Shown in pieces: positions 25,101-34,567 of a stretch of 34,567 nucleotides of DNA (positions are counted from its first letter, which is position 1; each line of letters starts with the position of its first letter). The DNA lies in the NCBI GenBank assembly GCA_036172245.1, contig JAYWIR010000192.1:1-34567 (forward strand), read 5' to 3'. The translations under genes were made by a program, and so were the position numbers. The DNA is from Raillietiella orientalis (lineage: Eukaryota). Below the pieces are notes generated by a model, which was not told the origin of the DNA, searched no databases, and saw only the letters and a list, made by a program, of their open reading frames with translations.

Positions 25101-28100
25101 GTGATTTCAAATCATTTTCTATGATGTCGATTCCATCGATGCCCTCCTTCCGAGCATCCGAACGGTTTCCGTCCACTTTGGATGCAAATGCACCTTAATC
25201 ACATCCCCACTTCTTCCGAATCCCTTGCTCCACGAGAAGAAATCATACGAGAACCCAACTAATTTCAAGAGGGGAGGATTGGTCTTAGTCTGGTTTTCAT
25301 GGCAACCCTTTTTGCAATGCGCAGTTCAGGTTTTTTTCCCTCCACCTTCCTTTTTTCAGTGAAAATTTGCAGTGTTTGGTGATTTCAAATCATTTTCTAT
25401 GATGTCGATTCCATCGATGCGCTCCTTCCGAGCATCCGAACGGTTTGTCACTTTGGATGCAAATGCACCTTAATCACATCCCCACTTCATCCGAATCCCT
25501 TACTCCAGGAGAAAAATAAGACGACCTAATTTCAAAGGGGAGGATTGGTCTTAGTCTGGTTTTCATGGCAACCATTTTTGCAATGCACAGATCAACTTTT
25601 TTTCCCTCCATCTTCCTTTTTTCGGTGCAAATTTGAGGGGTTTGGTGATTTCAAATCATTTTCTATGATGTCGATTCCATCGATGCGCTCCTTCCGTGCA
25701 TCCGAACGGATTCCTTCCCCTTTGGATGCAAATGCACCTTTCTCACATCCCGACTTCTTCCGAATCCCTTGCTCCACGAGAAGAAATCATAAGAGAACCG
25801 AACTAATTTCAAAAGGGGAGGATTGGTCTTAGTCTGGTTTTCATGGCAACCATTTTTGCAATGCACAGATCAAGTATTTTTGCCTCCATCTTCCTTTTTT
25901 CAGTGCAAATTTGAGGTGTTTGGTGATTTCAAATCATTTTCTATGATGTCCATTCCATCGATGCGCTCCTTCCGAGCATCCGAACGGATTCCTACCCCTT
26001 TGGATGCAAAAGCACCTTTCTCACATCCCGACTTCCTCCGAATCTCTTGCTCCACCAGAAGAAATCACAAGAGAACCGAACTAATTTCAAAAGGGGAGGA
26101 TTGTTCTTAGTCTGGTTTTCATGGCAACCATTTTTGCAATGCATAGATCAAGTATTTTTGCCTCCATCTTCCTTTTTTCAGTGCAAATTTGCGGTGTTTG
26201 GTGATTTCAAATCATTTTCTATGATGTCCATTCCATCGATGCGCTCCTTCCGAGCATCCGAACGGATTCCTACCCCTTTGGATGCAAATGCACCTTAATC
26301 ACATCCCCACTTCATCCGAATCCCTTACTCCAGGAGAAGAAATCATAAGAGAACCGACCTAATTTCAAAAGGGGAGGATTGGTCTTAGTCTGGTTTTCAT
26401 GACAACCATTTTTGCAATTGAAAGATCAAGATTTTTCCCTCGATCTTCCTTTTTTCAGTGCAAATTTAGAGTGTTTGGTGATTTCAAATCATTTTCTATG
26501 ATGTCGATTCCATCGATGCGCTCCTTCCGAGCATCCGAACGGTTTCCTTCCCCTTTGGATGCAAATGCACCTTTATAACATCCCCACTTCTTCCGAATCC
26601 CTTCCTCCACGAGAGGAAATCATAAGGGAACCGACCTTATTTCAAGAGGGGAGGATTAGTCTTAGTCTGGTTTTCATGGCAACCATTTTTGCAATTGAAA
26701 GATCAAGATTTTTCCCTCCATCTTCCTTTTTTCAGTGCAAATTTAGAGTGTTTGGTGATTTCAAATCATTTTTCATGACGTCGAATCCATCGATGCGCTC
26801 CTTCCGAGCATCCGAACGATTTCCGTCCACTTTGGATGCAAATGCACCTTAATCACATCCCCACTTCATCCGAATCCCTTCCTCCACCAGAAGAAATCAT
26901 AAGAGAACCGACCTTATTTCAAGAAGGGAGGATTAGTCTTAGTCTGGTTTTCAAAGCAACCATTTTTGCAATGTACAGATCAAGTTTTTTTCCATCCACC
27001 TTTCTATTTTCAGGGCAAATTTGCAGTGCTTGGTGATTTCAAATCATTTTCTATGATGTCCATTCCATCGATGCGCTCCTTCCGAGCATCCGAACGGTTT
27101 CCTTCCCCTTTGGATGCAAATGCACCTTTATCACATCCCCACTTCATCCGAATCCCTTCCTCCACGAGAAGAAATCATAAGAGAACCGACCTAATTTCAA
27201 AAGGGGAGGATTGGTCTTAGTCTGGTTTTCATGGCAACCATTTTTGCAATTGAAAGATCAAGATTTTTCCCTCCATCTTCCTTTTTTCAGTGCAAATTTA
27301 GAGTGTTTGGTGATTTCAAATCATTTTTCATGACGTCGAATCCATCGATGCGCTCCTTCCGAGCATCCGATCGATTTCCGTCCACTTTGGATGCAAATGC
27401 ACCTTAATCACATCCCCACTTCATCCGAATCCCTTCCTCCACCAGAAGAAATCATAAGAGAACCGACCTTATTTCAAGAGGGGAGGATTATTCTTAGTCT
27501 GCTTTTCAAGGCAACCATTTTCGCAATGCACAGATCAAGTTTTTTTCCATCCACCTTTCTATTTTCAGGGCAAATTTGCAGTGCTTGGTGATTTCAAATC
27601 ATTTTCTATGATGTCCATTCCATCGATGCGCTCCTTCCGAGCATCCGAACGGTTTCCGTCCACTTTGGATGCAAATGCACCTTAATCACATCCGGACTTC
27701 TTCCGAATCCCTTGCTCCACGAGAAGAAATCATAAGAGAACCGACCTAATTTCAAAAGGGGAGGATTGGTCTTAGTCTGGTTTTCATGGCAACCATTTTT
27801 GCAATTGTAAGATCAATATTTTTCCCTCCATCTTCCTTTTTTCAGTGCAAATTTAGAGTGTTTGGTGATTTCAAATCATTTTCTATGACGTCGATTCCAT
27901 CGATGCGCTCCTTCCGAGCATCCGAACGGTTTCCGTCCACTTTGGATACAAATGCACCTTAATCACATCCCCACTTCATCCGAATCCCTCCCTCCAGGAG
28001 AAAAAATCATAAGACAAACCGACCTAATTTCAATAGGGTAGGATTAGTCTTAGTCTGGTTTTCATGGCAACCATTTTTGCAATGCACAGTTCAAGTTTTT

Positions 28101-28870
28101 TTCCGTCCTCCTTGCTTTTTTCAGTGCAAATTTGCAGTGCTTGGTGATTTCAAATCATTTTCTATGATGTCGATTCCATCGATGCCCTCCTTCCGAGCAT
28201 CCGAACGGTTTCCGTCCACTTTGGATGCAAATGCACCTTAATCACATCCGGACTTCTTCCGAATCCCTTGCTCCACGAGAAGAAATCATACGAGAACCCA
28301 ACTAATTTCAAGAGGGGAGGATTGGTCTTAGTCTGGTTTTCATGGCAACCCTTTTTGCAATGCGCAGTTCAGGTTTTTTTCCCTCCACCTTCCTTTTTTC
28401 AGTGAAAATTTGCAGTGTTTGGTGATTTCAAATCATTTTCTATAATGTCGATTCCTCCGATGCGCTCCTTCCGAGCATCCGAACGGTTTGCGTCCCCTTT
28501 GGAGGCAAATGCATTTTAATCACATCCCCACTTCATCCGAATCCCTTACTCCAGGAGAAGAAATCATAAGAGAACCGACCTAATTTCAAAAGGGGAGGAT
28601 TGGTCTTAGTCTGGTTTTCATGACAACCATTTTTGCAATTGAAAGATCAAGATTTTTCCCTCCATCTTCCTTTTTTCAGTGCAAATTTAGAGTGTTTGGT
28701 GATTTCAAATCATTTTCTATGATGTCGATTCCATCGATGCGCTCCTTCCGAGCATCCGAACGGTTTCCTTCCCCTTTGGATGCAAATGCACCTTTATAAC
28801 ATCCCCACTTCTTCCGAATCCCTTCCTCCACGAGAAGAAATCATAAGGGAACCGACCTTATTTCAAGAGG
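19180..28870 (+). repeat. Domain of irregular 3-/5-monomer higher-order repeats
   Basis: Marker GAAAAAATCATAAGACAAACCGACCTAATTTCAATAGGGTAGG has its CAATAG at 19445, 21941, 23325, 24988 and 28031 (spacings of 9, 5, 6 and 11 monomers). It is flanked by recurring GCAATTG[T/A]AAGATC, GGAGGCAAATGCATTTT and TTATTCTTAGTCTGC subtypes. A trimer offset of 833 bp is seen at 20194/21027. Confidence 0.85.
25545..26290 (+). repeat. Run of three divergent-subtype monomers
   Basis: Diagnostic CTTTCTCACATCCCGAC, ACCGAACTAATT, AATTTGAGG, CCTACCCC and GTATTTTTGCC variants. Related copies lie at ~10290-10567, ~29155 and ~34340-end. Confidence 0.8.
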
Positions 28871-31800
28871 GGAGGATTAGTCTTAGTCTGGTTTTCAAGG
28901 CAACCATTTTTGCAATGCGCAGTTCAGGTTTTTTTCCCCCCACCTTCCTTTTTTCAGTGCAAATTTGCAGTGTTTGGTGATTTCAAATCATTTTCTATGA
29001 TGTCGATTCCATCGATGCGCTCCTTCCGAGCATCCGAACGGTTTCCGTCCACTTTGGATGCAAATGCACCTTAATCACATCCCCACTTCATCCGAATCCC
29101 TTCCTCCAGGAGAAGAAATCATAAGAGAACCGACCTAATTTCAAAAGGGGAGGATTGGACTTAGTCTGGTTTTCATGGCAACCATTTTTGCAATGCACAG
29201 ATCAACTTTTTCTCCCTCCACCTTTCTTTTTTCACTGCAAATTTGCAGTGTTTGGTGATTTTGAATCATTTTCCATGATGTCGATTCTATCGATGCGCTC
29301 CTTCCGTGCATCCGAACGGTTTCCGTCCACTTTGGATGCAAATGCACCTTAATCACATCCCCACTTCATCCGAATCCCTTCCTCCACGAGAAGAAATCAT
29401 AAGAGAACCGACCTAATTTCAAAAGGGGAGGATTGGTCTTAGTCTGGTTTTCATGGCAACCATTTTTGCAATTGAAAGATCAAGATTTTTCCCTCCATCT
29501 TCCTTTTTTCAGTGCAAATTTAGAGTGTTTGGTGATTTCAAATCATTTTCTATGATGTCGATTCCATCGATGCGCTCCTTCCGAGCATCCGAACGGTTTC
29601 CTTCCCCTTTGGATGCAAATGCACCTTTATAACATCCCCACTTCTTCCGAATCCCTTCCTCCACGAGAAGAAATCATAAGGGAACCGACCTTATTTCAAG
29701 AGGGGAGGATTAGTCTTAGTCTGGTTTTCAAGGCAACCATTTTCGCAATGCACAGATCAAGTTTGTTTTCATCCACCTTTCTTTTTTCAGTGCAAATTTG
29801 CAGTGCTTGGTGATTTCAAATCATTTTCTATGATGTCGAATCCATCGATGCGCTCCTTCCGAGCATCCGAACGGTTTCCGTCCACTTTGGATGCAAATGC
29901 ACCTTAATCACATCCCCACTTCATCCGAATCCCTTCTCCAGGAGAAGAAATCATAAGAGAACCGACCTAATTTCAAGGGGAGGATTGGTCTTAGTCTGGT
30001 TTTCATGACCATTTTTGCAATGTACAGATCAAGTTTTTTCCCTCCATCTTCCTTTTTTCAGTGCAAATTTGCAGTGTTTGGTGATTTCAAATCATTTTCT
30101 ATGATGTCGATTCCATCGATGCGCTCCTTCCGAGCATCCGAACGGTTTCCTTCCCCTTTGGATGCAAATGCACCTTTATCACATCCCCACTTCTTCCGAA
30201 TCCCTTCCTCCACGAGAAGAAATCATAAGGGAACCGACCTTATTTCAAGAGGGGAGGATTAGTCTTAGTCTGGTTTTCAAGGCAACCATTTTCGCAATGC
30301 GCAGTTCAGGTTTGTTTCCCTCCACCTTCCTTTTTTCAGTGCAAATTTGCAGTGTTTGGTGATTTCAAATCATTTTCTATGATGTCGAATCCATCGATGC
30401 GCTCCTTCCGAGCATCCGAACGGTTTCCGTCCACTTTGGATGCAAATGCACCTTAATCACATCCCCACTTCATCCGAATCCCTTCCTCCACGAGAAGAAA
30501 TCATAAGAGAACCGACCTAATTTCAAGAGGGGAGGATTGGTCTTAGTCTGGTTTTCATGGCAACCATTTTTGCAATGCACAGATCAAGTTTTTTCCCTCC
30601 ACCTTCCTTTTTTCAGTGAAAATTTGCAGTGTTTGGTGATTTCAAATCATTTTCTATAATGTCGATTCCTTCGATGCTCTCCTTCCGAGCATCCGAACGG
30701 TTTCCGTCCCCTTTGGATGCAAATGCACCTTAATCACATCCCCACTTCTTCCGAATCCCTTGCTCCACGAGAAGAAATCATAAGAGAACCGACCTTATTT
30801 CAAGAAGGGAGGATTAGTCTTAGTCTGGTTTTCAAAGCAACCATTTTTGCAATGTACAGATCAAGTTTTTTTCCATCCACCTTTCTATTTTCAGGGCAAA
30901 TTTGCAGTGCTTGGTGATTTCAAATCATTTTCTATGATGTCCATTCCATCGATGCGCTCCTTCCGAGCATCCGAACGGTTTCCTTCCCCTTTGGATGCAA
31001 ATGCACCTTTATCACATCCCCACTTCTTCCGAATCCCTTCCTCCACGAGAAGAAATCATAAGGGAACCGACCTTATTTCAAGAGGGGAGGATTAGTCTTA
31101 GTCTGGTTTTCAAGGCAACCATTTTCGCAATGCGCAGTTCAGGTTTATTTCCCTCCACCTTCCTTTTTTCAGTGCAAATTTGCAGTGTTTGGTGATTTCA
31201 AATCATTTTCTATGATGTCGATTCCTCCGATGCGCTCCTTCCGAGCATCCGAACGGTTTGCGTCCCCTTTGGAGGCAAATGCATTTTAATCACATCCCCA
31301 CTTCATCCGAATCCCTTCCTCCAGGAGAAGAAATCATAAGAGAACCGACCTAATTTCAAAAGGGGAGGATTGGTCTTAGTCTGGTTTTCATGGCAACCAT
31401 TTTTGCAATTGAAAGATCAAGATTTTTCCCTCCATCTTCCTTTTTTCAGTGCAAATTTAGAGTGTTTGGTGATTTCAAATCATTTTCTATGATGTCGATT
31501 CCATCGATGCGCTCCTTCCGAGCATCCGAACGGTTTCCTTCCCCTTTGGATGCAAATGCACCTTTATCACATCCCCACTTCTTCCGAATCCCTTCCTCCA
31601 CGAGAAGAAATCATAAGGAACCGACCTTATTTCAAGAGGGGAGGATTAGTCTTAGTCTGGTTTTCAAACCATTTTTGCAATGCACAGTTCAGGTTTTATT
31701 TCCCTCCACCTTCCTTTTTCAGTAAATTTGCAGTGTTTGGTGATTTCAAATCATTTTCTATGATGTCGATTCCATCGATGCGCTCCTTCCGAGCATCCGA

Positions 31801-32195
31801 ACGGTTTCCGTCCCCTTTGGATGCAAATGCACCTTAATCACATCCCCACTTCATCCGAATCCCTTCCTCCACGAGAAGAAATCATAAGAGAACCGACCTA
31901 ATTTCAAGAGGGGAGGATTGGTCTTAGTCTGGTTTTCATGGCAACCATTTTTGCAATTCAAAGATCAAGTTTTTTTCCCTCCATCTTCCTTTTTTCAGTG
32001 CAAATTTGCAGTGTTTGGTGATTTCAAATCATTTTCTATGATGTCGATTCCATCGATGCGCTCCTTCCGAGCATCCGAACGGTTTCCGTCCCCTTTGGAT
32101 GCAAATGCACCTTAATCACATCCCCACTTCATCCGAATCCCTTCCTCCAGGAGAAGAAATCATAAGAGAACCGACCTAATTTCAAGAGGGTAGGA

Positions 32196-33120
32196 TTGGT
32201 CTTAGTCTGGTTTTCATGGCAACCATTTTTGCAATGCACAGTTCAAGTTTTTTTCCGTCCACCTTGCTTTTTTCAGTGCAAATTTGCAGTGTTTGGTGAT
32301 TTCAAATCATTTTCTATGATGTCGATTCCATCGATGCGCTCCTTCCGAGCATCCGAACGGTTTCCGTCCACTTTGGATGCAAATGCACCTTAATCACATC
32401 CCCACTTCATCCGAATCCCTCCCTCCAGGAGAAGAAATCATAAGAGAACCGACCTAATTTCAAGAGGGTAGGATTGGTCTTAGTCTGGTTTTCATGGCAA
32501 CCATTTTTGCAATGCACAGTTCAAGTTTTTTTCCGTCCACCTTGCTTTTTTCAGTGCAAATTTGCAGTGCTTGGTGATTTCAAATCATTTTCTATGATGT
32601 CGATTCCATCGATGCGCTCCTTCCGAGCATCCGAACGGTTTCCGTCCACTTTGGATGCAAATGCACCTTAATCACACCCCACTTCATCCGAATCCCTCCC
32701 TCCAGGAGAAGAAATCGTAAGAGAACCGACCTAGTTTCAATAGTGTAGGATTGGCCTTAGTCTGGTTTTCATGGCAACCATTTTTGCAATGCACTGTTCA
32801 AGTTTTTTTCCGTTCTCCTTGCTTTTTTCAGTGCAAATTTGCAGTGCTTGGTGATTTCAAATCATTTTCTATGATGTCGATTCCATCGATGCCCTCCTTC
32901 CGAGCATCCGAACGGTTTCCGTCCACTTTGGATGCAAATGCACCTTAATCACACCCCCACATCATCCGAATCGCTCCCTCCAGGAGAAGAAATCGTAAGA
33001 GAACCGACCTAGTTTCAATAGTGTAGGATTGGTCTTAGTCTGGTTTTCATGGCAACCATTTTTGCAATGCACAGTTCAAGTTTTTTTCCATCCACCTTCC
33101 TTTTTTCAGTGCAAATTTGC
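32196..33120 (+). repeat. Local tandem run of one monomer subtype
   Basis: Consecutive monomers carry GCAC[A/T]GTTCAAG...CCGT..CTTGC. The pair at ~32670-32750 and ~32950-33028 shares CACACCCC, GAAATCGTAAG and TTTCAATAGTGTAGG. Confidence 0.75.
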
Positions 33121-34567
33121 AGTGCTTGGTGATTTCAAATCATTTTCTATGATGTCGATTCCATCGATGCGCTCCTTCCGAGCATCCGAACGGTTTCCTT
33201 CCCCTTTGGATGCAAATGCACCTTAATCACATCCCCACTTCATCCGAATCCCTTCCTCCACGAGAAGAAATCATAAGAGAACCGACCTTATTTCAAGAGG
33301 GGAAGAATGGTCTTAGTCCGGTTTTCATGGCAACCATTTTTGCAATGTAGAGTTCAAGTTTATTTCCCTCCACCTTCCTTTTATCAGTACAAATTTGCAG
33401 TGTTTAGTGATTTCAAATCATTTTCTTTGATGTCGATTCCATCGATGCGCTCCTTCCGAGCATCCGAACGGTTTCCGTCCCCTTTGGATGCAAATGCACC
33501 TTAATCACATCCCCACTTCATCCGAATCCCTTCCTCCACGAGAAGAAATCATAAGAGAACCGACCTAATTTCAAGAAGGGAGGATTAGTCTTAGTCTGGT
33601 TTTCATGGCAACCATTTTTGCAATTCAAAGATCAAGTTTTTTTTTCTCCATCTTCCTTTTTTCAGTGCAAATTTGCAGTGCTTGGTGATTTCAAATCATT
33701 TTCTATGATGTCGATTCCATCGATGCGCTCCTTCCGAGCATCCGAACGGTTTCCTTCCCCTTTGGATGCAAATGCACCTTAATCACATCCCCACTTCATC
33801 CGAATCCCTTCCTCCACGAGAAGAAATCATAAGGGAACCGACCTTATTTCAAGAAGGGACTATTAGTCTTAGTCTGGTTTTCAAGGCAACCATTTTTGCA
33901 ATGGACAGATCAAGTTTTTTTCCATCCACCTTTCTATTTTCAGGGCAAATTTGCAGTGCTTGGTGATTTCAAATCATTTTCTATGATGTCGATTCCATCG
34001 ATGCGCTCCTTCCGAGCATCCGAACGGTTTCCTTCCCCTTTGGATGCAAATGCACCTTAATCACATCCCCACTTCATCCGAATCCCTTCCTCCACGAGAA
34101 GAAATCATAAGGGAACCGACCTTATTTCAAGAAGGGAGGATTAGTCTTAGTCTGGTTTTCAAGGCAACCATTTTTGCAATGCACAGATCAAGTTTTTTTC
34201 CATCCACCTTTCTATTTTCAGTGCAAATTTGCAGTGCTTGGTGATTTCAAATCATTTTCTATGATGTCGATTCCATCGATGCGCTCCTTCCGAGCATCCG
34301 AACGGATTCCTTCCCCTTTGGATGCAAATGCACCTTAATCACATCCCGACTTCCTCCGAATCCCTTGCTCCACGAGAAGAAATCATAAGAGAACCGAACT
34401 GATTTCAAAAAGGGAGGATTGGTCTTGGTCTGGTTTTCATGGCAACCATTTTTGCAATGCACAGATCAACTTTTTTTCCCTCCATCTTCCTTTTTTCAGT
34501 GCAAATTTGCAGTGTTTGGTGATTTCAAATCATTTTCTATGATGTGGATTCCATCGATGCGCTCCTT

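Larger units (their letters stand above)
5..34567 (+). repeat. Tandem satellite DNA array, ~278-bp monomer, ~124 head-to-tail copies
   Basis: The same motif series (GGATT[G/A]GTCTTAGTCTGGTTTTCA...TGCAAATTTGCA...TGATTTCAAATCATTTTCT...TTCCGAGCATCCGAA...GAAATCATAAGAGAACCGACC) recurs every 277-278 bp to the window end. Equivalent ORF starts are spaced 278 bp apart (3344/3622, 9734/10012/10290, 12233/12511/12789, 31918/32196/32474). Confidence 0.99.

Noticed and set aside
10..34244. Recurrent + strand ORFs (MVLVWFSWQP..., MQMHLNHIPT...), including the 190-aa ORF at 20194-20766
   Set aside because: They are by-products of the repeat. The period is not a multiple of 3, stops are polymorphic between copies, many starts are TTG, and no domain is recognisable. 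Longer ORFs are chance read-throughs across frames.
5..34567. CRISPR array or repeat-spacer system
   Set aside because: There are no unique spacers. The whole 278 bp is homologous between units, and no cas or other genes are present.

Overview
The whole window is one uninterrupted head-to-tail tandem satellite array: about 124 copies of a ~278-bp monomer, all in the same orientation, with no unique sequence, transposon insertion or inversion visible. It looks like eukaryotic heterochromatic or (peri)centromeric satellite DNA, but I do not recognise the family or the organism. The listed ORFs are short, recur once per monomer in shifting frames (278 is not a multiple of 3) and are cut by stop codons, so I call no genes. 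The real structure lies at other scales: distinguishable monomer subtypes forming irregular higher-order repeats (2-, 3-, 4- and 5-mers, plus multi-monomer blocks duplicated at distance), zonation of subtypes along the array, chimeric monomers, a conserved palindrome-rich core in each monomer, and a degenerate 74-nt tRNA-like segment that may reveal the satellite's origin. Clustered small deletions in the right half may be assembly consensus artefacts. Sub-block coordinates were read by eye and are approximate.
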